A stretch of 64,000 nt of DNA from Balanoglossus misakiensis (taxonomy: Eukaryota; Animalia; Hemichordata): positions 3,330,831 through 3,394,830 of the forward strand of contig CM082578.2 in the NCBI GenBank assembly GCA_040954595.2. The letters are read 5' to 3'. Below are positions 1 to 13,225 of this stretch, in pieces. The notes below the pieces were generated by a model. That model was not told the DNA's origin and ran no database searches. It was given only the letters and a program-made list of their open reading frames with translations. The first letter of the stretch is position 1. Every line of letters starts with the position of its first letter. Both the position numbers and the translations under genes were made by a program.

Positions 1-94
1 GAACAGAATCGGTTCAAGTATGTCTGACATATGGCATTGCACTTGAATCTTTTGTGTGAAAAAGATGGTTGCCTGATGACCACACAGGGTTATC

Positions 95-240
95 AGGATA
101 CTTACTTGAATGTAGTGGTGTAGTCTCAGGTCATAGTTCATAGTCCCACAATGCTTGCAGTTGATGACATGGCTGAATAAAGTGTTGTTGTTACTGTTCC
201 ATCTAGAAGCTGTGTGATTTGCATATTCTTTAACCCATCA
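95..240 (-). repeat. Exon-like segment duplicated at 7870-8020
   Basis: Clearly alignable to 7870-8020; both copies are bounded by TTCTAG acceptor and GTAAGT donor on the minus strand. Confidence 0.7.
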
Positions 241-399
241 ACCATAACATCAGAAGAGGTGACAGAAGTCTGGGGAGGTTAATAGACAGCAACAACTTGT
301 GATTAGTAGGATTTTTTACACAAGATAAGCATACAGTAAGTGCTATGGAGGAGTACCAACTTACCATTGTCAAAATGTACTATTGTCAGGACTCACTGA

Positions 400-1458
400 A
401 GTCGAAGAAATAGAAGATGACATTCAGTGTTTTTGATGCAGTGACACTAATGGATGAAGCACTGACAGATCATGACAAGAACTTGATACAACCTCAAACT
501 GAACAAAAAGAAGTTCACGCTAAGACACAAGAAATACTTCCCTTCCATGGATCAACTACTCAGTTGAGATGGATATCAGACAGATCCTGCTCAGGTGTCA
601 GCAATTGTCAATGCTACAACCACGTGACAAAAAGGGAATTAATAGAGCACCTTTTGGGTTTTGTCAACTATATATCTCTTGCAATTCATGCCAAAGCTAT
701 CAGAGATATGTGAACCACTATGCAAAGTAATTGAGAAGAGCCATACTACTTCAAGATAGACAGCCAGTGGCATTTGCATCAAGGTCAGTGTCACCAACTG
801 AACGCGGATATGCCAAGATCGCAAAATAATGTTTGGCTATTAATGTTTATGTATGCTACAGATTCGATCATTTAAAAACATGTGGAAATATAACTTGCAG
901 TATCCGATGCCCGCCAGGTTCAAAGATTTATGATCCCAAATATATGCTGAGCTGAGCCTGTGAACAAGGCAATTACAAGAGAGAAGTGCAGTCCAGAGTT
1001 TCAAAATTTCTAGATGACTGAGGAAAATCAACTTGACTCTGTGCGTTTGTCAGAAGGCATACACCACCAAGTCAAACGTACTTTGCATTGCAAGCTCAGC
1101 TTCATATGAACAATGATGACAGGCTTGCCACACTCACAGGAAGATGTTCTGATTAGTATCCAGGAACTTCTGGAACTTCACAGATGAATTAACTGCTCAA
1201 GATGGAGTTATGTTCAAAGGGATAAAAGTGATCATAGTACCAATGCCTATATGTCAACAGATGATCACAAGAGCTCACACCAGCCACCTTGGATATGATG
1301 CTTGCAAAGAGCAAGTGATGTTCTGTTTTGGCCAGGAATGACAGGGGAAATCACACAAATTTGCAGCAATTTTCTATCTATGGTAAACAACAGAAGGGGT
1401 CCATCAAGCCTCATCGATGTCCAGAAGAATAACAACCACTATGCCAACATCACAGTTA
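400..1458 (+). pseudogene. Decayed Gypsy LTR-retrotransposon pol fragment (RT/RNaseH/integrase zinc-binding), 5' part
   Basis: Broken frames give DEALTDHDKNL, LLGFVNY, RASDVLFWPGMTGEI and RRITTTMPTSQL, typical of Gypsy pol; many stops and frameshifts. Confidence 0.7.
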
Positions 1459-2939
1459 CACTACAGACTGAATGTCCTGCACATGGCGCGCTTGCCTGGC
1501 GCGCTCAGTGGCTTGCTGCGCGCGCCAGGGGGCTCGGTCCCTCCGGGCCCAGCAGGCCCATGGGCCCGCAGGGCTTGCTAATTAAATGTGTTTGGTGGGC
1601 CCGCATTCGGGCCCACCGGGCCCAGCTAGCCCATGGGCCCGCTGCGCTTGCTGTGTTTGGCGGGCCCGAATGAACACATGAGAAGTCTGTCAGTCTTAGA
1701 ATGAGAAGAAGGCATGTTTGAGAATTCTGGAGTTAAGAATTGGGCTAGCATGTCACCCGTCGGAATAAATTAGACGTTTCGTGTGTGTCTGCACATGGAC
1801 GTAAAAAGAGATGGTCTGCATGTGTCCGAGATGTAATCAATGTGTCATGGTTTACTACGACAAATTCTAGCTCAGTCTTCTTGATCGGGCCTAGATTGAT
1901 CATTGCAACCTAATCATCAAAGTTAGCAAACATGTAAGATCGTTCGCGTTTGCCTGGGGTTCTACCTCCATTACTCGATCGGACTGTGACTCGATCTCTC
2001 TTCGTGATGTGATGTCGTCGATCGACGCCATGTTTGTTTTAATACATGATTGTACAATCGCGCGTAGCTATGGTCTAACGCAGGGACTCTCTACCTGTTT
2101 CATCGCCTGGTAAATTAGATGGATATTCTCAAAACAGTAGAATGTATATTGTGTTCTGATTGCATTCTTCGTGTGTATCAAACTTTTATTTTATTGATTT
2201 CCTTTTGTTGTCAGCCACATGCGAGTAGCCTTGCCAATAAACAGTCGTGTTTACTCGGTAAACAAGTGGAATCACAGACTTGCCTCAAAAACAAGAGTAG
2301 CAGGTGTAGTTCCTTTCCGTCCTACCACCATGCAACATACAACATACAATCCGCATCAAAAAAGCACTCCTGAAGAACTATGAAATGTCTAGCTTGTGTT
2401 CATTCTGTCAAACAATTGCATAGACTCCAGCCATATTCAATGCCAGTTTAAGTAGATCTTAAACTCATCGTCAGTGAGTTAGATACAGGTGCACACATAC
2501 ATGTATGACACTATTGTGAAGTAACATTTCTTTTTATTTTAGAACATGTGAAAAATAATAGGGACAAGTCACATCAGAGTAGAATAAAAATGTCCTCAAG
2601 TACAAATAAACAGCAAAACGGGAAAATGCATCGATGTCGGAACTACTAAAGTCGAGAATCAGCTCTGAACTTATTCAGTAATCTAGTGCTTGGGGCGGAA
2701 ACTTTAATGCAGAACACACTCTCTCGATATGCAAATATAACTTATTGAAACTCGTTGCCACACAAACAAATGACCAGAAACCATCGACACGGCACATGTA
2801 CACTGAGAAGCCATAGAGACGTGCATGTTCAAATAGACCTTCTGAATAATGATCCATCGAGCAACAACAACAAAAAGGAAAAGATCCTTTGTACTTTAAA
2901 TACGACCGAACTTTGCGAGGATTATCGGTTTGTCAATAC

Positions 2940-3050
2940 GGTAACAGGTCGTTTCGGCCCAAAAGATTTTCGATCCCAATCGTTTCGGCCCCCAATTTTC
3001 ACGACCCCGGTCTGTTCGGCCCCGACACCCCAGTCGTTTCGGTACTTATC
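2940..3050 (+). repeat. Possible DNA-transposon terminus fragment with repeated (T)CGTTTCGGCCC motifs
   Basis: About 4 copies of a CGTTTCGG/GTTCGGCCC motif after GGTAACAGG; no matching opposite end found. Confidence 0.35.
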
Positions 3051-4519
3051 GGTAATGGTCCAACTAAACTTGGCTCTAGGCCCCCCTGACTCATTGTTGC
3101 CTAGTTCAGTAAAGGGGCGATGTCAGTGGGACTGGCAGTGAGGATAGACGGTGCATGTTCTCGTTTGTGGTACCGTGTGTTTTGAAATACAGGAGTCGAC
3201 AAATGTGACGTGTAATAATTTGTACACAATTTTCTTTACCCCAATACAAAAATGCCTTTCAGCACAGAAAAAAAAAACAAAGCAACGCCATTATCGTTAA
3301 CACATTGTACAAACTGACCACCTGTCAGACATTGTGGATTTTCCTTACATTTCTGCTTTCTATCCGAGTTACTACCTGTCACCTGTCAGACATTGTGGAT
3401 TTTCTGCTTTCTATCCGAGTGCAGAGCGGGAAAACCCGCTGAGGCTATACCACTGTCAGAAGAAACAGCGAGGGCTTCGAACGTACTTTTATTTTTCACA
3501 GTTAAATCACTGCTCGTAAATTAATGCATCAAAAGTAAAAGTTTCCTTTTTCCTTTTAAATTTAAAAGTATATATGGCCTATGTCACGATCAAAATTGCG
3601 ATTGTGTTTATAACTAGCATAGCTGCAATAATTAGAGTGATGGGTAGCTATTTTCGCTTGGTTGAATCACGGTCACTCCACAAGGGTCGCGGACGTAGTC
3701 AGATTTATGGACGAAAAAGTCAGAACAATCAAGACCGAGAGTATACTGCGAGCAGTCATACGCATTGATACTCATATGAAATCAACAATAAAGAATAATC
3801 TGCATAACAGGAAAAAGAAAGCCTACTGATGACCTGCCTGCACATTAGTAAATCACAGGTGTGAATGGGGTGGGCCCCGGGAGGTAGCCTTTGGTCAGTA
3901 GGATCGTACCGGCTACCCCATAAATGTATTTTTCACTAATTTGTGCGATCAAGTTTTTTTCCTCAACATGATCTCCAAAACTATAGAGTTTATTGCAGAT
4001 TCAAAATCATATCCAGGGAATCCACAGATCGCGATTCGTGTTTTCTTGTGTTTATATTTAGCTGGAATAATTGTAACGGCACCTTGTCGCTGTTTTGGTG
4101 TAGATGCCCGCACACTTACATGCAATGGACCGCAGTTACGTTGCGCGGTCGTGATGTAAATTTAGGAAATAGTGATACACTGCATCTATTAAAGCTTATC
4201 TTTGTTTCAGAGTAAAAATCTACCCGCTTTCTCTGTACTGTATCTCCCAGCGTCCACGGGTGTTACATGTTTATGCTCGGCCAGCCACGTTCTTCAGGTT
4301 GTTATCACCTTTTTGTTCGTCAGTACTTCAAAATAAAAAATGTGTGAACTCAATGAACAAAAACTTCTGAAGTCAGTACATTTTTGTCTGTGATTTGTTT
4401 TAAAAATACAATTTGATGCGCCGGTCACTAGGATCCTAGGGTCATAGTTCTGAGTGTCAGGCTCATGAAAACAAGAACAATCTATGACTCAAATATTAGA
4501 TACATACTAGTATTGTAAT

Positions 4520-5575
4520 TTGCGTCTTACAAAGCACAATAATGTGACTTCATCCATTTCCCAAACAGAGAAACTAAGACAAATCAGTCAGAGTATCGAC
4601 CACACTGTTGTCTGTGATCGACAACACGTATACGCGCGTCCGTTCACCGCGACAATAATGTGTGTAACGATCGTTCAATTTATTCGATCAGGCACTATGA
4701 TCATGCCCCCGCCGATTCCACCAGCGCCCACCTTGTCACCAACACCACTCCCACCACGCCCAGCCGCTGATATTACACCACCGTTCCAAACTACACTACA
4801 GCCGGCAGTACAGCCGATTCTCACGTCTCCGCAGACAGCGGGGATGATTGAGACTACTCCGCCTCCACTATGGTTCCCTCCTATCACCGGGGATGTTTTC
4901 ATACCAGAATCATATATAGACCGGTGTAAGGTCGTAAGTTGCTCTATAGGCAACTTTGCCAAAGACCTTGTGTTTATGGTTTATTCGCCGAGTGAACGCG
5001 CCGGACGTAATTGCACAGGGCGTGTGTTTGGGGGTACCAAACAGAAATTGAAGTTAAGTCCCAGAAGGCTTAAGAAAGTTGAAGGAGCAACTTTCCGAAA
5101 ATATTTTAGAAATAATGGACGACGCCCTGACCATTAACGATGGTTTATGGGCAAGGGCGAGGGGAAAGCCAAAAATTCATGGGCTCGGAAGCCTCGCCCA
5201 TGAATTTTGGCTTTCCTCGAGCCCGCGCCCATAAACAAACGTTTATGGTCAGGGCAGAGTCGGTTATTTCCATTATATTACCAACAAAATCAAGAAAACC
5301 GTCAAAATTTACGAAAATGTCCCACTAGGGGCCCCGGAACTTGTGTTACGCAAAATTTTGTATTCACTTAACTGTTTGCTAATATTACTATTCAGATTTA
5401 CGGGGATGAAACAAACCATTACTGAGTATTTGTGGTCAGTGACGTTGTTCATCTCGACCAATTTAAATGCGACGCACAGGCCATGGTAATATAATCCCAC
5501 GATTTCCCGCGATCCGCCGAGCGCGGTCAAAACAGTGCATCAAGGCAATCGATCGATAAAGCTCTCCGCCGTTGA
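4520..5575 (+). pseudogene. Proline-rich + BEN-domain accessory gene of the CACTA element, interrupted
   Basis: SCSIGNFAKDLVFMVYSPSERAGRNCTGR...LSPRRLKKVEGATFRKY matches the BEN pattern. After the 5108-5495 insertion the last helix resumes as PTISRDPPSA..KQCIKAID(4-bp duplication)KALRR*. AATAAA near 5708. Confidence 0.7.
5108..5495. mobile_element. Short hairpin/splint element (Crypton/DIRS-like non-autonomous, tentative)
   Basis: Imperfect ~75-bp-arm hairpin 5109-5270. ATTATATTACCA (5272-5283) is the reverse complement of the 3' end TGGTAATATAAT (5484-5495). It splits the BEN ORF, with no clear TSD. Confidence 0.7.
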
Positions 5576-7129
5576 TGTTTTTTTTTTTTTTTTTTTTTGT
5601 TTTTGGGGGGGGGGGCTTTATCAGCATGTTTGTCGGATTGTCATTCTCTCGGAAATGTTCCCTTGCATTTGTACAACTAATGTAGTGTAATTGTGTTTTA
5701 AATGCTTAATAAAGAAAACTAACACTGACAACGGACACATTTTGTTCGTAGTGAATTAAACGCCCCTCCCTGAATGCCTAGTCTGAAATAAAACTTATGT
5801 TGAGAAGGAGAGTTGTACATTGATTAACGTTTTCAACGGTGTAGTACGGGTGTAGCGACGATCCAGATACGACTCCGACGGAGAATGCTTTTCGCCTGTG
5901 CTGCGCCGGTGTTAATTTTCGACAGCGATGACGGGTGGTTCAGATCCAGACCGAAGCAAATATACAGTGAGAACGCAAAGCACAACCCTGTCGTGACTTT
6001 TGATTATGTTTATCTAGGTAACCTATTGTCTTGGGTCAGTTTCCATTGTTGAGTCAATAACACTGGACGCGAGTGGTTTTCTAGCCACTCGCAGTTAGCC
6101 GGGTCTGCCACCAACTTTAGGTGCTTTCGATCGCCGAAAAGACGAGGCGTTTTCGATTTGTGGATTAACATCCAGTACTTCTAAACGATATCAAAACGGT
6201 CATGAAGAAGACGACAAAGTCGTCCAGAACGCATATCCAGGTATAGAAACTGAGATATGTTGCAATTACATGTCCTCGACGTCCTCAATTTTTGTTAGTT
6301 GCCGTGTTCCTAAACATTGCCATTTAGACGGCGTTGATCTCAAAACAATGTCCGTTTAGTGTGTGGACGCACACAGATTCTGAGGGCTAATCCCCTGTTA
6401 GCAAGAAACAGGAAGTGCTACGATATTCGTCATTTTTAAGTTGCTGCAATTGATCTGTAGTTTGTACGTGTATGCTTTACATGTATGCATCTGTGGAAAC
6501 ATAAAACACAGGTTACAAATGAACATAAATGACTACATGTACATAGTGTTTTGAACCACTAGCATTCTTTATCTGAATTGGAGGTTGCGCAACTAGACTA
6601 GAAAAACCAGAAATGCCATCATATCATAGACCCTATGGATCAATCAAACGTGTTTGGGGTTCAAACCGACCTGCTTCCTTGCTGGTAAGCAACCGGTGCG
6701 CCAGTAGACTAGCCCACTAGTCGTTTGGTGATTTTTAAATCTAAATAGTTAAGGTGTTTTCGATGGTTTTTTGTCTTAATAAATAATTTCAATACTTTTT
6801 GCGTGCATGCTTGCCTTGAGCGTGTTTTTGGTAGTGAGGTGAGTTTCGAATTTGGGACTGAGCTTGTGGTTTTGGGTAGCGTAGGTCTACGCGTTCCCTA
6901 CACATAATGAAGCCCATAGACTTGGAGCAAGTCTAGTGCGCCAGGTAAACAAGCGCGCTTCCTGTGACCTGGCTGGCCATGCAAGCCAGGTAGCTCATGA
7001 ATATTCAGGATTCAAGCCTGGCGCGCTCAGCAAGCACGCTCACCAGGCCTGGCGAGCCAGGCGAGCCACCTGGCTTGCTGCGTTCAGGAGCAGGCGCGCC
7101 AGGTAGAACAGGACATTCAGTCTGTAGTG

Positions 7130-7350
7130 TACTTCTGAAGCCTCATGTCATAGACCATGTGTAAGAAAATATCAGAACCAAGAAACAGAAGGCCGGAGCA
7201 GCTTACAACAAGCCTACCAAACCTCTACCAGCTTTGGAGATAGGTGCATGATACCAATAGACTACAACCAGTACAACCAAGAGCTCCAAGGCAAAGAGGA
7301 TCATGAGTTGCCAAAGTCAGTCCATGGCCGTTCGTATCAGAGAAATGGCA
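7130..7350 (+). pseudogene. Continuation of the decayed Gypsy pol (post-integrase region)
   Basis: Removing 1459-7129 and one TA rejoins the frame: MPTSQL-LLKPHVIDHV*ENIRTKKQKAGAAYNKPTKPLPALEIG. Confidence 0.75.
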
Positions 7351-7361
7351 GATTCATTTGA

Positions 7362-7365
7362 TTAC

Positions 7366-7396
<31 letters not shown>

Positions 7397-7755
7397 CATA
7401 CATACAGACAGACAGACAGACAGACATACATACATACATACATACATACATACATACATACATTCATACATGCAGACAGACAGACAGACAGACAGACAGA
7501 GATAGACAGACAGACAGACAGAGACATACAATTACATACAGACAGACAGAGATACATATAACATACATATATACATAAATACATACATACATACATACAT
7601 ACATACATACATACATACACACATATACATATATACTAGTACATACATGCATGCATACATACATACATACATACATACATACATACACACACAGACACAG
7701 ACACACACACACACATACATACATACATACATACATACATACATACATACATACA

Positions 7756-7787
<32 letters not shown>

Positions 7788-7855
7788 GACAGATGCAACT
7801 GATCCCATCAGGTCATTATGGTATATGTATATGTAACGGTATACCAACCTAAAAA
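7362..7855. repeat. Compound (TACA)n/(GACA)n microsatellite with a Helentron-associated (HINE)-like end
   Basis: Tetranucleotide arrays followed by ACAGATGCAACTGATCCCAT...CCTAAAA, resembling 13172-13225. Confidence 0.75.
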
Positions 7856-10800
7856 GGGGAGGTGTTATCAGAATACTTACCTGTGGTGGAATGGTTCAGT
7901 CTCAGGTCATTGTTCACGGTCCCACGATGCTTGTAGCTGACGACATGACTGAATAAAGTGTTGTTGTTACAGTTACTGTTCCATCTAGAAGCTGTGTCTT
8001 GAAGCATATTAAACTAACCGACCAGGACCAGACCAAACTGCAAAATAAATAACAATAATAATGTCTATTTACCCAAATATAAAAGGGTACATATTGAAAA
8101 GCAGACTCTTCTCTCATGGTGGGTAAATATAGAGCCAGGAAATAGCTGCAGCTAATCTAGCCTGTACTCCTACAATAAAGCTTGCTAAACAAAATTAAAT
8201 ATAAATGTTGAGAGGTTGAACCCTATGGGTGCATATATATGTCTCAGAACATTGTCTATATACCAAGGTTTAATGCAATTGTGGCTGTCATATTAGAATA
8301 ATTGTACCATACACCACACTAATGATGTTTGCAGCTTGAATTTTTACCTTTTGAAATCTGCTTGCCTGGTTTACATCAATTAATGCACAGATCTAGGTTG
8401 GCAGATGTTCAATCATCAGAGAGAAATCTGCAAAGATAAAAAATATGTCAATAAGTATTTTTGCATCAAACAAAGAGACAATAACATGTATCAATGGACA
8501 GATGAGCTCCAGGCTTCATGAACAATACAAAACACCATGCTGTTGTTTTTTAATGTACTGGTATGGATAAAATTTGGCCTTTTGTGACATTCATATCTTC
8601 ATTGTGGTTTATGAATATTATGTACTTCAATGGCTGCTTATACACATTTAAATTTGCATACTCACACCACAGGAGTCATGTTACCTGGTTACCATTTTGG
8701 CGTCTGGACTGGAGGATGTATTGCATCATGGAAATCTGAAAGTAATGAGAAAAAAAAAAACTGTGTCAATAGACAATTGTAACTGACTTCTCTGGACTGC
8801 AACTTGGTGGCTAACAAACCCAGCACCTGTAACAAATAATAAATAATAAATGTTAATTCATAATCATAGCCTGGATGTGTTTAATCTTACTTAATTACAA
8901 ATAGACATACAAAACATGAAACTATCTCTACTTCAATGGGAGAAACAAGGACCAGTACCCAGTTAACATATCACCGTCAATTATGTTGTTCCATGGGGAC
9001 TAAAAATTCAACAAATTATCAACAAATTAATATGCAGTTGCCCCCTTTCTACATTTTATTGAACACTTACAAGTTTAAATTCCCACTAGAAAATCATCTC
9101 GCAATTTACGAGTTCAAGAAAACTACACACTTCCCAAAACTGTAAAAACTATTAATTGGCTTTTCAATAGTTATCCCCAATATCGTCATACATAATTACA
9201 AAATTTTGCTTTTAAGCCGAGGCTACTTGACCTATTATTAATACAAACTGCAGAATAAGTCGTTTATTGTTTAATCATCATCATCATCATCATCATCATC
9301 CTCATCATCATCATGACCACCATCAAAATCAGTAAAAGCCATCGTCAACCTCATCACCATGAATAAACAACTAGAATTATCAATTAACATCAAAACTGCC
9401 ACCACAATCACAACATTTCAGGAATAAAATCAAAATATTAAATGACCCATAACAATGAGAAACTTTTAACCAATGACATTCTACAAAGTCCATAGTCTCT
9501 CATTTATTAAACTAGCTGCATTATACTCTTAATTAAATATTATACGTTTATTATTATCAGTACATAAATTTGTAAGTCTAAGAATATTGTAATAACTAAA
9601 ATTAAACTTTCAAATGGTAATTATTATTATTATTATTATTTTTACGTATAGCTGACATTATACACCAGTAATTCTCAATCCTGATTTACTAAATTACTGC
9701 AATTCTCAAAACGAGAGTAAATTGCTTTCCAATACAAATGAGTGCTCACTCAATTGATGAAAGGGGGGAAAAACAAAGAGCTGTTGGTGAAATTGACTGG
9801 ATGGTATTAAACACAATAAAATACATGGGTTCACATCTGAAATACAAATGTCATAATATGCAATGTTTAGTTAATAATCTGGAATAAAATCATGCATCCA
9901 ATACAAATGTGATCAAAAATATACAAGTTTGATAAATCAGACACTTTTACTTATCCCTACTCTGTGTGAGTGCATGGTTACATCATGTTTGTGAGTGCAA
10001 GGTATGTAGTATGTCATGTTTGTGAGTGCAAGGTATGTAATAACATCCCCAAATCTGACTGGCCAGGTCAGAATGGGGACACCCAAATGGAATATTATAC
10101 AAAAACACATTAATTCATTGCATTATATACATGAGTTTTCAGACAAGTATACTATAAGCAAAACAACTAGTACTATACACGTAACAGTAAGTGCATGTGT
10201 AAATGACATCTTTAGTCTTGGTGCCATAATGAAGTATCGCCAATCAAGCATATCACCTGTAATCAGATTTAAGTAAAAAGAAATGTATGTATTCTGATTT
10301 AAATATGGTTATTACTTAGATGCTGAAATAGAATATTATACAAAAACATGTTAAATACCAAAGTCAATCTAACTGCAGTGTCACTGCATTACAGTGTAAA
10401 AAGTAGCACAAGTAAGGGATGTGAATGCACATATCAAGCAACATTAAAATGATAGAAGAACTGGAAATCATAAGATGCACATTCCTAGAAAAAAAGAAAA
10501 CTTTATTTAATTAACAATAACAGTTATATCAATGATGTTTACATACACCAGTCATAAATGTTTTCACCAACAGCTATATGTACTGGGCTCATCTTACTCT
10601 AATTTGTACAAAGAATCATCTGTCTCACAAAAAGCTGTACACAGAATCACAAAGTATGCAATGTCAACTATGCATAGTGTTTAGGCTACCAATTCTGATG
10701 AATATTTAAGATGAATGTGACTGACTGTTTAGATGAAATACATCTCTGTTATTTTTATGGTTAAACCTTCACTAACATTATTGTTCTGTTACTTTATACC

Positions 10801-11809
10801 ACTCCAACCACAATGCCAAGTCTAACAGATACATTATTATTCCAATTAATCTAGATAAATAAAGACCATTAAGAATCAAATAATCACCACCTATACCATT
10901 CGAGACATATTCATTCTCCAGCCTTTTCATCTCGCAATATCCAAAAATGAAGATCCACTTAAATCTGACAATATCACGAGTACATACAATATTCAGAAGT
11001 CTTTCTTACACAGCTACAAAGCACTATGACCATCATCATCATCATCATCATCATCATAAATGTGCACATTATTATTACCTTTCATATTTGTACTGAATCA
11101 TTTATACAAGGGATGTTCTTGTTTAATATGTATTTTGAAACTTTATCATACCTTATCCTGCAAAACCCCAAATTTATAATTTTCATACACCTGATACTGT
11201 TAGCCCTGTCTATTATTGAATTTGTTCTGTATTTCACTCTTCATTAAATGTTCTGTCTTAAATCAACCTCCATTCTGCAAAGTACAATCTTACCTTTATG
11301 ATGACAAAACCCAATGCACTGGTGTTCAGTGGAAGTTACTCTTGGATCTATGCATTGTACGGTTCTCAATAAACATTTCATTCACAGAGATTGACACCAA
11401 CCTTATCATAAATTTGCTTTTCAACATCAAGGAAAAACACCCAAACTGAATAGCATTAATAGCAGATGCTTACCATGCTTTGTGGCAGGTTAGTGTTTGT
11501 AATCCTGCATCATCCTGTCTTATACTGTACACTTTCAGACAATAGAATAAAATACACAGTATTAATAAATAAAAAATAATACTTCCCCCTCAATGATCAG
11601 TTTAGTTACAGTAGTAATGTACATCCATTTCAGTAATCCTCAACTTTTCCCCACTATAGTCTTGTCAGATTTCACGGAAAGTTCCTCCTGCAAGAAAGAA
11701 ATTTGAAAACAATGGGTAAGAGACACTCAAATACAGTATACATGTATCTTCATCACATAAAGTGACCCACGATTTACACATTTGTGCCGTAGACCAGGAC
11801 AGAAAAAAA

Positions 11810-13225
11810 TAGCGTCAAGGACACTGTGGTCCCATTTGGGGATTATGCGGAAACAGTGACACACCAGAATAAAAATTACAGGTGACATTGCAAGCAGATA
11901 TGATCTTACCATATAGAATGTGAAAAAATTAACAAGGAACATGCCCAATAAACTGTCATGTGTCATGGCAGTCTAACAAGTGGTGCTAGAAAAAAAATTG
12001 ACCAAAAAGTGTCTGTACAAACACATATGAGAAGCAACTTCTTTCAGTCAGCCCTGGAACAGACACACAGACAGACAGACACACACTGACCTGCCACTGG
12101 TAATTACAAATTTAATAGCTGGTGGTCTCTGTAACAGCTGGCCTATTAAAATTATGTAAACATGTCTAAGTTGGGGGTAACAACTCCTTGTAAACAGTAA
12201 CTTTCAAAACAACTGGACAATTGGTTTAAGAGAAGATTTGCTAACCAAAAACAAAGAAACTTACAAAATCACTCAAAATATTGAATATTACTAATATCAG
12301 AAATGAATAAAAATTGCATATATACATGTATGTGTTATGAAATTGTATCCTAAATTTCGTGGCAATCAGAGAAAAAAAAAATTTCAAAGCAATTTAACAA
12401 GCAGTTTCACAGAAAATATTTGTTCAAAAGTGGCTAAAACACAAATATGCAAATATCACCAAAATTGTACAATATCTTACTTCAATCACTACAAGGAACA
12501 TGCCTGCCAAAGTTCAATGGAATGTGACAAGTGGTTTCAGAGAAAACAATTTTTGACAAAAATAACACATTTATGCAAATATTGCATTTTTAACAACACA
12601 TTACTTAGGTTACCCCTAGGAACATGCCTACCAAATTGCAAAGCAATGCAGCATGCGGTTTTAAAGAAAAAAAATGACCAAAAATGGTAAAAATTTCTCA
12701 AAATTATAAATATGCAGATTTTGAAACAATTTGAACAAAACTATGGTTACTCAGACAACCTTTAGAGAGCTTCATACTAAATTTTAAAGAAGTAGGCCTG
12801 TCACTTTCAGAAATGAAGATTTGTTTTACCAATAATGTGGAAAAATACAAAAAAATGCCAAAAAATGCAAAATCGATAATATTAGCTCAAAGCATACAGG
12901 ACTGTTTGAAGTAGACACAAGGTACATGCATACCAAATTTCAAATCAATCCTACCAGTGGTTGTTAAGTTTCTGAGTTTTGACCAAATTTAGGTTTTTTC
13001 CAGCTAATTTGCATATTTTTGGCGATGACACCTTCATTTGAACAAACTCTCATCCACAGCCCAGCTTGCATCTGCACACCAAATATCAAGGTGATACACG
13101 CAGCGGTTTTCAAGTTTTTAATGTGGATGGACATACATACATACATCCATCTATCCATCCATCCATATATACAGACGCAACCGATCCCATAAGGTACCAT
13201 GGTAAAAACCAATGGTACCTAAATA
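11810..13225. repeat. Segmental duplication, copy 1 (HINE-like repeat-containing)
   Basis: Collinear with 14249-14369 + 16172-17395, sharing GACAC(TGAC)TGTGGTCCCATTTG, AAGCAACTTCTTTCAGTCAGCCCTGG and GGTTACCCCTAGGAACATGCCTACC. Confidence 0.8.

Larger units (their letters stand above)
1459..7129. mobile_element. CACTA/EnSpm (CMC) DNA transposon, non-autonomous, 5671 bp
   Basis: Perfect 21-bp TIRs CACTACAGACTGAATGTCCTG (1459-1479) and CAGGACATTCAGTCTGTAGTG (7109-7129). TA TSD at 1457-1458 and 7130-7131. GC-rich subterminal repeats (GGGCCC, GCGCGC, GCCAGG) at both ends. No transposase recognised. Confidence 0.9.

Noticed and set aside
7303-7847. MYVC/HTYI ORFs (also at 42161-42545 and 51922-52158)
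   Set aside because: Microsatellite artefacts.
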